Assembly: GCA_041489255.1 (NCBI GenBank)
Contig: JBGPQV010000017.1
Coordinates: 1 to 61,317 of the forward strand
Length of the DNA: 61,317 nucleotides
From: Thermoplasmata archaeon
GTDB taxonomy: Archaea; Thermoplasmatota; Thermoplasmata; RBG-16-68-12; JAFNFQ01
Direction of reading: 5' to 3'
Numbering within the stretch: position 1 is the first letter of the stretch; each line of letters opens with the position of its first letter. Under the pieces are notes generated by a model that did not search any database, had not been told where the DNA came from, and was given only the letters and a program-made list of their open reading frames with translations. Below are positions 49,701-58,399 of this stretch, one piece after another. The position numbers were made by a program, and so were the translations under genes.

Positions 49701-52447
49701 CCGTGGCAAACGCTCCGCCGGTCGCGAACGCGGGCCCTGACCAGATAGGTCACAGGAGCACACGCGTCGACCTCGACGGCAGCGGGAGCACGGACATCGG
49801 CGGGACGATCGTCTCGTATCTCTGGACGCAGACGTCGGGACCTGCCATCACGCTCAACAATCCTAACGCTGCACTGGCCTGGTTCACTCCGACCGTTCTG
49901 GGCAACTACGCCTTCACCCTGACGGTCACAGACAACGACGGCGCGTGGGACACCGATAGCACGAACGTCGCAGTGGTTAATCGACGGCCTGTGGCGAACG
50001 CAGGATCAGATGCCGGGGCGTTCAAGAACACCTCGTTGACTCTGAACGGTTCGCTGAGCTCGGATGCGGACGGCGACACGCCTAGTTTCGCGTGGACGCA
50101 GGTCGGCGGTCCGGGCGTGACGCTGACCGGGGCAGACACCGACAAGCCGACCTTCACACCGACCGCCTCAGGCATCTATGTCTTCAACTTGACAGTCGAT
50201 GACGGGTTCGGCGGACTGGACTGGGACAGCGTCAACATAACGGTCACGAACCGCGACCCCATCGCGGACGCCGGTGTGGACCAGACCGTCGCTGTGGACT
50301 CGCTCGTGACGCTGGACGGGAGCGCGTCGTCCGACCCGGACCGCGACCCGATCACCTTCGCCTGGACGCAGACGAGCGGCCCGGCGGTCACCCTGACGGG
50401 GGACGACACCGCAAGACCGACCTTCACCCCGACCGTGATCGCGATCTACAGCTTCCAGGCCAGGGTCAGCGACAACGACGGCGGTTCCAGGACCGACACC
50501 ATGACGGTCAATGTCATCAATGGGGTGCCGCCCGTCGCCGACGCGAAGGTCTGGCCAGGACTGACAGGTCACGTCGGAGCGGTATTCGTCTTCGACGGCT
50601 CCAACTCCACCGATCCAGACGGAACGATAACGGGATATCTCTGGGACTTCGGCGACCTTGCGACGGATCCCAGGGCTAAGGCGCCGCACAGCTTCGGCAC
50701 CGCGCAGGTCTTCACCGTGAAGCTGACCGTGACCGACAACGATGGCATGACCAACTGGACGACGTTGCAGATCGACGTCTTCAGCGGCACTCCGCCCGTG
50801 GCGGACATCAAGGTCTGGCCCGCTGCGACCGGGTACATCGGGACCGTCTTCGTGTTCGACGGTGCCAACTCGACCGACCCAGACGGGACCATCTCCACGT
50901 ATTCGTGGGAACTGGGCGACGGCAACGTCACGCCCGGCGCGAATATCAATCACTCGTTCACAAGCAAGGGGCAGTTCACCGTCAACCTCACGGTCACGGA
51001 CAACGACCTGATGACGGACGTGGCCACCGTGACCATCCTGATCGTGAACCGGCGGCCCTTGATCGTGTCTCATATGCCGACGTCGTCCTCTGCCGATGTC
51101 ACCGCGAACCACAGTGAGCTGTTTTCCGTCGTCGCGAACGATTCGGATGGGGACGTGCTCTCCTACGCCTGGCGGTTGGACGCGGCCCAGGTAGGGGCGG
51201 ACTCCTCCACCTACACATTCAACGAGTCAGCATTGAGGACATACGTCTTGAATATCACCGTCTCGGACGGTCTTGCACAGGACTGGTACCAATGGACGGT
51301 GACGGTCTCGTCTGGCGGGAACGGCAACAACAATCCGCAGATCGAGGGCGGCTTCCCATGGTGGATCGTGATCATCGTCATCGTGGTCGTCGTCCTCGTC
51401 GTTCTCCTGTTGCTCTTCACCAAGCGAAAGAAGCATGAGGAGCCGGTTCCGCCGGCAGAAGCCCCCGCGAAGGCACCGCCAAAGAAGGAAGGAGTCGTGA
51501 CTGCCCCCGCCGAGCCAACGCCGAAACCGGCAGCGAAGCCCACGACAGCGCCAGCGGCCAAACCTTCAATCGAGCCTGCAGTAAAACCAGCCGCCAAGCC
51601 AGCGGCGGCGTCGGCCAAACCTGCGCCAAAGCCTGCGGTGAAGCCAGCCGCCAAGCCAGTGGTTGCGACACCTGCAGCGCCGACGACCGAGCCTACCGTG
51701 AAGCCTTCTCCCGTCACGACACAAGCTGCGCCAATCGCAGCACCGATAGCCCCAACTGCCACGCCTGCTCCAGCACCCGCCGTCGAACCCTTGCCTGAGC
51801 CCGCGAAGGTCCCGCCCGCCGAGCTTATCATCGGGCCGTCCGCTGCCGCACCGCCAAGTACACCATTAATCACGCCCCCGATTATCGCAGTCGCCACGCC
51901 TGTCCTCCCGCCATTAGTTGAACATGTGACCGAGCATGCGAGCATGCTGCCCACTGAGACTGTTGTCGAGCCGCCCTCCGTTCCCACGCCTGCTTCGCCA
52001 ATCGTCATGCCTCCGATAATCACAACCGCCACGCCCGTCTTCGCGCCCGTCGCCGCGCATGCGCCCATGCTTGCGGCGATGCCTGAGGGGACGCCTCCAC
52101 CCAAACCGCCAGAACCCCAAGCCGCCATTCCTCTCCACGCGCCAAGCGCCGCACCCGCCGCCACACATTCGCCAATGCTTGCGGCGGCGCCCGAAGTGAC
52201 GCCTCCCCCGACATCGCCAGAACCTCAACCCGCCATTCCTCTCCACGCGCCAAGCCTTGCGCCCGCGGCGGTTCTTCCGGCCAAACCCGCGACAGAGCCA
52301 CCCGGCATGCACGCAGCCAAGCCTGAAGCCAGACCCGCGGCGGCTCCCGCCATGGCTTTCTGTCCGACGTGCGGCAAGCCGGTCCGGTACATCGAGACCT
52401 ATGAGCGATGGTATTGCTATTCCTGCAAGGAGTACTACGCGTCGTAG
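46706..52447 (+). CDS. Large cell-surface protein: SBBP propeller repeats, PKD/Ig repeats, TM, Pro/Ala tail and Zn ribbon
   Basis: FIENRGQ; repeated YSTFLGG/AYVTG; repeated P.ADAG.D...LDGS.S.DPDGD; TM WWIVIIV...; terminal CPTC...WYCYSC. Confidence 0.92.
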   Translation: MRPARGHSERLRVRLVSFAFAVALAMEFFAMAGTRAVGAPSAIEKTSVENIAAQSLGSPAGYFIENRGQMAGGVRYYALGNPSIGFRDDGVMFVVRESAGTARDLFDSRHESRIIAYLMRFDGARVAAPAGRGLAPHTSNFFFGNDPAQWNVDVPNYGEVVYSDIYDGVNVVYRLGPTGLKYDLILQPGADIGQIEIAYDGIEGIAVGGNDAIVKTALGEIRDSLPRSYQADGGSVSCAFASRGTFSYGFKCDGWDRTSALTIDPLVYSTFLGGTQGDYGNSIKVDSATGDAYVAGYTGSTDFPTTPGSYRETTTLTGSGFVTKVAWNGTYLIYSTYFGGIAFDGAFSLDIDSAGSAYITGYTESSDFPTTPGAYNRTYAGGPNYGAVFALKLSPSGDSLIYSTYLGTGVSLAIGTVERPYAIAVDGSGNAYVTGHTTMPTFPTTAGAYDRTFNGGVYDSFLTKLNASGDRLVYSTFLGGSSSDHTVSVALDSSNNAYVTGLTGSANYPTTGGAYQTTYGGDIYDAFVTKVNAAGSGLAYSTFVGSPGIEESYSIAVDGTGSAFITGVARDNKYPTTAGAYSGTMNGPWDAFVTKLNAAGSNLAYSTFLGGTLGDVGYAICLDPNGLAVVTGTAGDGAFPTTAVAYDRTFNGGISDVFLTKLNAGGTNLVYSTFLGGIDQEQGLSVAVSSARDAYVTGDAWSSDYPTTPDAFDTTLSGTPNGMVTRVVFTNSGPTANAGSDFTLPRNFRADLNGSASSDPDGDVLHFAWTQVAGPPATINNATQAVAWIQPQSLGIHTFMLTVNDYYGAASTDNVIVTVVNDPPVSSAGPDAFSYRNTATYLDGSGSSDPNGDPLTYAWTQLLGPDTPTINGPDQPRPWFATTVMGLFRFQLNVSDNYGAYDLDTVDITIRNRAPVADAGVDHSGRPADPIILDGSATYDPDGDAIIYSWTELSGPPATITNSTQAVAWLNTSNIGVFQMMLEARDAFAGWTLDFVNITVANAPPVANAGPDQIGHRSTRVDLDGSGSTDIGGTIVSYLWTQTSGPAITLNNPNAALAWFTPTVLGNYAFTLTVTDNDGAWDTDSTNVAVVNRRPVANAGSDAGAFKNTSLTLNGSLSSDADGDTPSFAWTQVGGPGVTLTGADTDKPTFTPTASGIYVFNLTVDDGFGGLDWDSVNITVTNRDPIADAGVDQTVAVDSLVTLDGSASSDPDRDPITFAWTQTSGPAVTLTGDDTARPTFTPTVIAIYSFQARVSDNDGGSRTDTMTVNVINGVPPVADAKVWPGLTGHVGAVFVFDGSNSTDPDGTITGYLWDFGDLATDPRAKAPHSFGTAQVFTVKLTVTDNDGMTNWTTLQIDVFSGTPPVADIKVWPAATGYIGTVFVFDGANSTDPDGTISTYSWELGDGNVTPGANINHSFTSKGQFTVNLTVTDNDLMTDVATVTILIVNRRPLIVSHMPTSSSADVTANHSELFSVVANDSDGDVLSYAWRLDAAQVGADSSTYTFNESALRTYVLNITVSDGLAQDWYQWTVTVSSGGNGNNNPQIEGGFPWWIVIIVIVVVVLVVLLLLFTKRKKHEEPVPPAEAPAKAPPKKEGVVTAPAEPTPKPAAKPTTAPAAKPSIEPAVKPAAKPAAASAKPAPKPAVKPAAKPVVATPAAPTTEPTVKPSPVTTQAAPIAAPIAPTATPAPAPAVEPLPEPAKVPPAELIIGPSAAAPPSTPLITPPIIAVATPVLPPLVEHVTEHASMLPTETVVEPPSVPTPASPIVMPPIITTATPVFAPVAAHAPMLAAMPEGTPPPKPPEPQAAIPLHAPSAAPAATHSPMLAAAPEVTPPPTSPEPQPAIPLHAPSLAPAAVLPAKPATEPPGMHAAKPEARPAAAPAMAFCPTCGKPVRYIETYERWYCYSCKEYYAS
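52067..52257 (+). repeat. Two-copy 108-bp-period intragenic repeat in the Pro/Ala tail
   Basis: ATGCTTGCGGCG...GCCATTCCTCTCCACGCGCCAAGC begins at 52067 and 52175. Confidence 0.8.
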
Positions 52448-52512
52448 GATGAGGAGAAGCCGCCGGTCAAACCAGACGACGGGGAAGCGGTGCAGATGCG
52501 GCGGGCGCCTGA

Positions 52513-52569
52513 GGCCCTCACCTGATCTTCTTTGCGTTCAAATCGACGACATTCCGGCGGAGCCTGTGT
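52513..52569 (-). pseudogene. Degenerate copy of the purB 3' end
   Basis: First 20 nt are identical to 53470-53489. It encodes HTGSAG/NVVDLNAKKIR* (one frameshift) versus PurB YTGSAGKIVDSIVKKIR*. Confidence 0.8.
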
Positions 52570-52642
52570 GGGGTCCGGGCAGACAGACCCCCAACGCCAC
52601 CATGATGGGAAGACCCATTCGGATGACGGTTACACAATACGA

Positions 52643-53224
52643 CTACACGTCGGTTCGGCGGGAGCGCCGCCGTCTGAGAATAAGGGCGATCATGATCGAG
52701 ACAGTCGAGATCGCCAAGGCACCTGCGATGAGAATCGGCGTGAGGTCGAGAGTACCGTAAGGACCTCCGCACCTGACTTGGTACCCCTCCTGAACGAACA
52801 AATACCAACTAAACGAGAAATTCCCACTTCGCCAGTCCCGATCCCAATACAGATGAATCCCCCTCGAGTTGTCGGTCCTGAGGGTCGCGTTCTCCTCCCA
52901 GACCATGAATTCATCGCCCTGAGAGACGTTCGTGTCACTGTCGCGGTCTTGGTATGTGATGAGTTCCGTTACGCTGGGGAGCCTCCCCGTGTGATTCACA
53001 ACCTCCTCGAAGGTCTCATGCCACATGTATCCATCCAATCTGAACGAAAGAACCCTGAGCGGGAACTCACCTGCTGGCGTCGAAACGCTCACGGTCCATA
53101 AGGGAGAGGAGTATGTGACGGAATATTCCATGGGGCAGGGCTGACTGGCCGAGGCAAGCAATGGGACTGCGTTGAGGACAAGGCCGGCGGCGAGCAACCC
53201 GCAAACTAGGAGCCGCCCGTTCAT
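52643..53224 (-). CDS. Exported, C-terminally anchored hypothetical protein
   Basis: Signal peptide, YQDRDSDTNVSQGD acidic loop, and TM followed by RRRRSRR. Confidence 0.75.
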   Translation of the reverse strand: MNGRLLVCGLLAAGLVLNAVPLLASASQPCPMEYSVTYSSPLWTVSVSTPAGEFPLRVLSFRLDGYMWHETFEEVVNHTGRLPSVTELITYQDRDSDTNVSQGDEFMVWEENATLRTDNSRGIHLYWDRDWRSGNFSFSWYLFVQEGYQVRCGGPYGTLDLTPILIAGALAISTVSIMIALILRRRRSRRTDV

Positions 53225-53359
53225 GTTTGAGTATCGCTACCTGGGGCCATAATGCTTCGCTCATCGATAGGATTCCGGGAGAAGCTCATCTGGCACTTCC
53301 GTGGCCTGAGGCTTGGTGGCGGGGCGGGCCGACCTCTTCTGTCCAAAGCCCCTGTATGG

Positions 53360-53460
53360 CCAGCGGTCAAGCCTGCTGTGAAGCCCGCCAAGCCGGCGAC
53401 CAAGCCCGGGGCCATTCCTGCCTCGAAGCCTGCGCCGAAGCTAGCCACAAAAATGCGACC
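53360..53460 (+). pseudogene. Remnant of a PAVKPAAKP-type tail resembling the surface protein
   Basis: Reads PAVKPAVKPAKPATKP...KPAPK, similar to 51575-51660; low complexity limits certainty. Confidence 0.4.
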
Positions 53461-53474
53461 AATACCGGCGGCCC

Positions 53475-54815
53475 TCACCTGATCTTCTTCACTATCGAGT
53501 CGACAATCTTGCCCGCGGAGCCGGTGTAGGACGCGGGGTCGAGCGCCTTGTCGAGCTCCTTGGCGGTGAGCAGCTTCATCACTGTATGGTCCTTCGCGAG
53601 GACGTCGCGCAGGTGCACTCCCTTTTCCCTCGCGGCCATCGCCACGTCCCTCGTGAGCTTGTGCGCCTCCTGGCGCCCCATGCCCTTCTTCACGAGGGCG
53701 ATCATCACCGACTCCGACATGACCTGGCCCTTGGTCCTCTCGATGTTCTCCTTCATTCTCTCCGGGTAGACGCGGAGCTTCGAGAACACATCCGCTGTCT
53801 TCACCAGGATGTCGTCAGTCAGCACGAAAGCGTGAGGGATGATGAAGCGCTCCGTCGAGGACTGCGTGATGTCCCTTTCGTGCCAGAAGGAGATGTCCTC
53901 GAAGGCGGGGATGAGCAGGCCGCGGACGACTCGCGCGAGCCCGCAGATGTTCTCGCTGACCACGGGGTTCTCTTTGTGGGCCATCGTGCTGCTGCCCACC
54001 TGCCTCTCCCGCCCGAACGCCTCGGCGGCCTCGCCTATCTCGTTCCTCTGGAGGTTCCTGACCTCCGTGGCGAACTTCTCCGCCGAGGAGCAGATGTTCG
54101 CGAGCACCGCGATGATCTCGGCGTACCTGTCCCTGCCGACTATCTGGCCGGATGCCTCCTCGAAGCCGAGGTGCAGCTCCTTCATCACGATCTCCTGGAT
54201 CTTGAGGGCCTTTGGCCCGAGGGCGGCTCCTGTTCCAACTGCACCGCTCATCTTCCCCACCGCAACGCGTTTCCTCGCCTGCTCCAGTCTCTCGAGGTGC
54301 CTCGTCGTCTCCAGCGCGTAGACCGCCATCTTCAGCCCGAAGGTGATCGGCACCGCCGCCTGCCCGTGAGTCCTCCCGAGCATGACGGTGTCCCTATGCG
54401 CCTTCGCCTGTCCGGCGAGGACCCTGCTGACGCCCCTCAGGTCCTCCGCTATCAGGTCGACCGCGGCGCTCATCTGCAGGGCGGTGGCAGTGTCGGTGAT
54501 GTCGTTGCTCGTCGCCCCGAGGTGCACGTACCTCTTGGCAGAATCGGAGCACGCCTCCGTCAGGGCGAGGACGACCGCCATGACGTCGTGTCCGGTCTCC
54601 TTCTCGATCTCCTTGACGCGCTCGAGGCGCACCTTGTTCAATGTGACGTTCTCCCCTATGTTGACTGCGTCCTTGAAGGGGATGTCGCCGACGACGGCGT
54701 GCGCCTTCGCGAGGGCCGCCTCGACCTGCAGCATCCTCCTGAGCTTCTCCTCCTCGGAGAAGATAGACTTCATCTGCTGACGGCCGTAGCGAAACTCGAG
54801 GGGACAGATTGACAT
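53475..54815 (-). CDS. purB: Adenylosuccinate lyase
   Basis: HLGATSND, GRTHGQ and GSSTMAHKENP motifs; start at MSICPL. Confidence 0.96.
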   Translation of the reverse strand: MSICPLEFRYGRQQMKSIFSEEEKLRRMLQVEAALAKAHAVVGDIPFKDAVNIGENVTLNKVRLERVKEIEKETGHDVMAVVLALTEACSDSAKRYVHLGATSNDITDTATALQMSAAVDLIAEDLRGVSRVLAGQAKAHRDTVMLGRTHGQAAVPITFGLKMAVYALETTRHLERLEQARKRVAVGKMSGAVGTGAALGPKALKIQEIVMKELHLGFEEASGQIVGRDRYAEIIAVLANICSSAEKFATEVRNLQRNEIGEAAEAFGRERQVGSSTMAHKENPVVSENICGLARVVRGLLIPAFEDISFWHERDITQSSTERFIIPHAFVLTDDILVKTADVFSKLRVYPERMKENIERTKGQVMSESVMIALVKKGMGRQEAHKLTRDVAMAAREKGVHLRDVLAKDHTVMKLLTAKELDKALDPASYTGSAGKIVDSIVKKIR

Positions 54816-54860
54816 GCGATGACCGCGGCGGCATCGGCGGTGGCGGTTATGATGCTTTCG
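54700..54860. repeat. purB promoter + 5' end, copy A (functional)
   Basis: 161-bp direct repeat with 57278-57438, 7 mismatches. Confidence 0.95.
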
Positions 54861-55280
54861 CAGCGAGGCTGCGGAGAACAATAATTCCTGAGGATTCCAA
54901 GCCGACTCCTCCTTTGCCGCGAAATCCTGTGAATATGGGTATCCCAGATTTCTTTTCTGGAAATCATGGGAGCCTTCTTTGAGCACGGGGGACACTCGTA
55001 AATCGATAGGCATCTGCGTTCAGAAGTGCAGGTTAGGACGGTCGATTGGCCTCCCATCCTCGCATACCCGGCCCAATGTCCAAGAAGTGAATTACGGGAA
55101 ACGCAAGCTGACCAAGGCATGATCCGAGCGCCGTCAGCCACGATTCATCCCTCATGGACTGTTAAGGGTCGACGACAAGGGCAAGAGTAACGGAAACGCT
55201 GACGCACTCCATGTGACGATTCATTTCCATCCGGCTCTAATGCGGGGAGTGGCGTTCTTTCTGGTTTTCGTGTTGACTTC

Positions 55281-55734
55281 TCAATTGCTTCTCCGGCCGG
55301 CATCTCTATCTCTCATGATGTCCAACCACCAAGCAATCGTCGCAGCGCCCAGAATCGCCGAAATGGCCCAGACGGTCATCGCGAAGAACAGGTGAGGGTA
55401 AAATAGAACCATCCCAGTCGCGATACCTAGCACTAATGCTGCCCAGATCGCAACGATCGGCCATTGGAGTTTTTCTGGAAGGCTCCGATGTGCGGTGCAC
55501 ACGCCATCATTTCTGGTTGACTGCAAACTGATCCTCCGGACATTGCTCTACATGCCAATTGACATATTCGTTGCCCAAGGAATCCCCATAGCCCTCTATG
55601 AAACCTTCGCAACCGGAAATGTATATGGAGGAATGATCAGGATCGGAAGGAGCCATGTGCATACCGACTGTCAGAGCCGTTCCCGCCATGAACGTGACCA
55701 GGCAGAGAATGATCGTCACTTTCCAGATGTTCAT
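55281..55734 (-). pseudogene. Probably frameshifted small membrane protein (55507-55734 + 55281-55526)
   Basis: AGGAGGT RBS. Removing one A from CAG-AAA-TGA joins the two ORFs as ...CPEDQFAVNQNDGVC... with three hydrophobic helices. Confidence 0.55.
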
Positions 55735-55751
55735 ATCTTCGGACCTCCTTG

Positions 55752-57011
55752 TCAAAGGGTGAAGAAATAGACGCTTTGGGAATTAGTCTGGACTTGAGCC
55801 CACGAGAAAGCTGTAGCAAAACCTATCACAGCCGCACGCGCATCCGTGTCAAGTTCGATGATGAAGTGATAATAGTGACCAACTATGAGGGTGGCAGGGA
55901 AATCTCGATTGTAGTAGAAGTCCTTCCACTCCAGGTAGAAGTTATTCCCGCGATTGAACATAACCCATTGATCACTGGCAATGATCTTCCATCCGATGGT
56001 TTCGTCCACGACTTTCGACCACAGAGTCGCTGCAGCTGAAGATGCCCCGCAACCAATGAAACCGCAGGTTGCCATCGCCATTGCTTGAACGTAGGTAAAG
56101 TGATACCAGAATCTAGCGAGCAACGGCTCTGTACCATATGCCCGCCATGATCCCGCTTGTGGGCCTACCAGCCCTGCGCTCGCCCAACTGAATACTCGAC
56201 CATAGGGAGGACAGGCCCCAGCGTCACTACGTGCCGCTAGATAGCCTGTGGGAGCATTGAATCCTGCATAATAGTAATAGGAATAACAGGATTCGTCGTG
56301 GTTTTTGCCTCCTCCAGCATAACCGCCGTAATACGGTGGGGAAAACGAATAGCGCAATTGCTGCAGGATTCCAGGCTTCCCAACGGAAGAACCGGCCGTG
56401 GGAAGATCCTGGGACTTCTTGATAATCATGCCCTTCCCCGCCGACGATTGCAGTATCGTGAATGTTGAAGTCTCATTTCCCCATACCACCGTACCGTTGC
56501 CTGTGGTCAGTCTGAGAGATGTCGTCGAAAAGTTAAGCAAGGAATAGTTGCCTGAGCTTTGATATGATTCAAAGACGTGGACGGTGGCGGTTGTCATTTT
56601 CAGCGTGAAGTTCTCCTCTCCAAGGAATGCATAGCCAGAACTAACATCAGATGGCAGGATCCAAAGCCACGTGTAGTAATCACCACGTGCGGGTTCGACA
56701 ATCTTCCGCGTGGTTTCATCGAACGTCGTGTTCACGACAATCTGGTTGACCCCTCCGCTCTGATTCAGAGTGGCATATGTTTCACGGTAGGAGACTCTCC
56801 CTGATTCGACATTTGTTATCAGCACGGTGTATGTGAAATTACTGGTCTCTACCGGAGGCTCAATCGTCCGGAAATAGTGCTGAAAAACATAGTAGTTGCC
56901 AGATATCAGCCAATCTGGCGGTAAATCCGCAACAGCAGGCGTCGCTATTAATCCACCAATGATCATAAATGATATCAGCGCAATCCCTACAAGTCTATCG
57001 CATTTGCTCAT
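55752..57011 (-). CDS. Secreted orphan protein, two beta-rich domains
   Basis: Signal peptide (…PAVA|D), many NxT/S sequons, Gly/Ala/Tyr/Cys-rich C-terminal half; TTTTATA box upstream. Confidence 0.8.
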   Translation of the reverse strand: MSKCDRLVGIALISFMIIGGLIATPAVADLPPDWLISGNYYVFQHYFRTIEPPVETSNFTYTVLITNVESGRVSYRETYATLNQSGGVNQIVVNTTFDETTRKIVEPARGDYYTWLWILPSDVSSGYAFLGEENFTLKMTTATVHVFESYQSSGNYSLLNFSTTSLRLTTGNGTVVWGNETSTFTILQSSAGKGMIIKKSQDLPTAGSSVGKPGILQQLRYSFSPPYYGGYAGGGKNHDESCYSYYYYAGFNAPTGYLAARSDAGACPPYGRVFSWASAGLVGPQAGSWRAYGTEPLLARFWYHFTYVQAMAMATCGFIGCGASSAAATLWSKVVDETIGWKIIASDQWVMFNRGNNFYLEWKDFYYNRDFPATLIVGHYYHFIIELDTDARAAVIGFATAFSWAQVQTNSQSVYFFTL

Positions 57012-57069
57012 CCAAACCACCAATAACGGGATAGGCTCTGACTATAAAAAAATTTCCTAGCCAAGCTGC

Positions 57070-57268
57070 ATCCCACAGCGCATCCATATCTTTTTCCGAC
57101 TTGAACCAGACTCTGAATGGGGGCAGAAGGCAGAAGTTGTGGGCAACCACATTCAATCCGATCCCCTGCACCGGTCTCACCTCTTCGTGGTGGATATCCT
57201 CCTTCCCCCAGCCTCTTGATCGGGAAACCTGTTGATTCGTCGCTGCCCCTGTTGTGGCAGAGGTTCAT
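57070..57268 (-). pseudogene. Degenerate DDE transposase C-terminal fragment (IS4/IS5-like)
   Basis: CHNRGSDESTGFPIKR has Y(2)R(3)E(6)K spacing with Y changed to C, then after a frameshift QGIGLNVVAHNF. Confidence 0.5.
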
Positions 57269-57393
57269 GCGCTTGTATGCGCCTTCGCGAGGGCCGCCTC
57301 GACCTGCAGCATCCTCCTCAGCTTCTCCTCCTCGGAGAATATCGACTTCATCTGCTGACGGCCGTAGCGGAACTCGAGGGGACAGATGGACAT
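57265..57393 (-). pseudogene. Truncated purB 5' fragment (39 PurB residues + TSA*)
   Basis: MSICPLEFRY...EAALAKAH is identical to PurB at the protein level. Confidence 0.93.
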
Positions 57394-57438
57394 AAGATGA
57401 CCGCGGCGGCATCGGCGGTGGCGGTTATGATGCTTTCG
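57278..57438. repeat. purB promoter + 5' end, copy B
   Basis: 154/161 identity to 54700-54860. Confidence 0.95.
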
Positions 57439-57682
57439 TAATAGGGAGGAGACGTGGATTCCACGCGATGGCCCGGCCTCATAGGTTCCAAGTCAGTGCA
57501 GGGCTTCCTGCCAACGAGGATCCGAAGCGGTCCCTCCGCGGTGGGGTCTTGAAACTAGCGTCCGGATGTATCTTGAAATCAGCTCCATCCGCTCCTTGGA
57601 TTGATGCACTCCACCATGGATGATCCCTGCGAACCCAACCGGGTGAAAGGATGATCCCGGGGGGTAAGGAGAAAAGAAAAAC

Positions 57683-58081
57683 ATGGGATACTCGGAAGCA
57701 CAGATATTGGGGCTAGTGGAAAAGACCGAAGACCTGCAGGTGACGGAGCAGGCGGCGCTGACGGATGCGAACCTGAACGTCCCCGCGATGCACGAGGAGC
57801 TCCTCATCCTCCACAAGAAGGCGAACGAGTCGAACGAGAAGCAGGAGCAGAAGAAAAGGGAGCTGAAGGAGATCACTGTGGAGCACGAGGCGGACCTCAA
57901 GCGGCTCTACGTCGCCGCATCCAGCCAGCTCGACATGATGATCGGGGCGGTCAAGAAGGACAGCGTCGCGGCGAAGAACTTCAGGCGCATCCGCAGCAGG
58001 CTGAAGCGCCCCGACGCCGACGACATCGCCATCGCGCAGCCGGTCCCGCAGCCCGTCCCCACGCCGGTGCCGCTGAAGTAG
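57683..58081 (+). CDS. Coiled-coil hypothetical protein with basic C-terminal helix and Pro-Val tail
   Basis: AAGGAG RBS, strong GC3 bias, FRRIRSRLKR. Confidence 0.85.
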   Translation: MGYSEAQILGLVEKTEDLQVTEQAALTDANLNVPAMHEELLILHKKANESNEKQEQKKRELKEITVEHEADLKRLYVAASSQLDMMIGAVKKDSVAAKNFRRIRSRLKRPDADDIAIAQPVPQPVPTPVPLK

Positions 58082-58198
58082 CGGAGGGCGAGGGGGCGGG
58101 TCGGGCGGGAAAGCCTCGGGACCCGCCAGATTGCGGGGACCCGGGGCGACCGCCCACCGACCATACCTCTGATCCGGTTTGTGTCTGCGGCCAGCTAA

Positions 58199-58235
58199 GA
58201 GGCCCCTCAAGGGGCCTCACCTTTTTTTTATTTTT
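58199..58235 (+). terminator. Hairpin + T-tract terminator
   Basis: GAGGCCCC-TCAA-GGGGCCTC followed by T8AT5. Confidence 0.8.
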
Positions 58236-58399
58236 CAACACAACCGCTGCGATCGAGACACGGCATGGGACATGATGTCTGAATATCTCACCGCCCTGTT
58301 CTCATCCAAGATTGAATCCGTCCTAGGCGGCCCTACCGCCAAGGACAATCGCGTTCATGTCGGCACCGCGTGAACTCCCCCGTGGTCAACCGCCGTCGA

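Larger units (their letters stand above)
54861..57277. mobile_element. Lower-GC cassette bounded by purB 5' repeats
   Basis: Composition shift starts at the repeat borders; orphan cargo; no intact recombinase. Confidence 0.75.

Noticed and set aside
47500-51300. DNA-level mobile repeats or DGR template/variable repeats
   Set aside because: The repeats are in-frame SBBP and PKD protein domains, and no reverse transcriptase is present.
54816-55013. N-terminal extension of PurB in the ORF track (512 aa)
   Set aside because: The conserved start is MSICPL at 54815; the extension reads through the promoter and cassette DNA.
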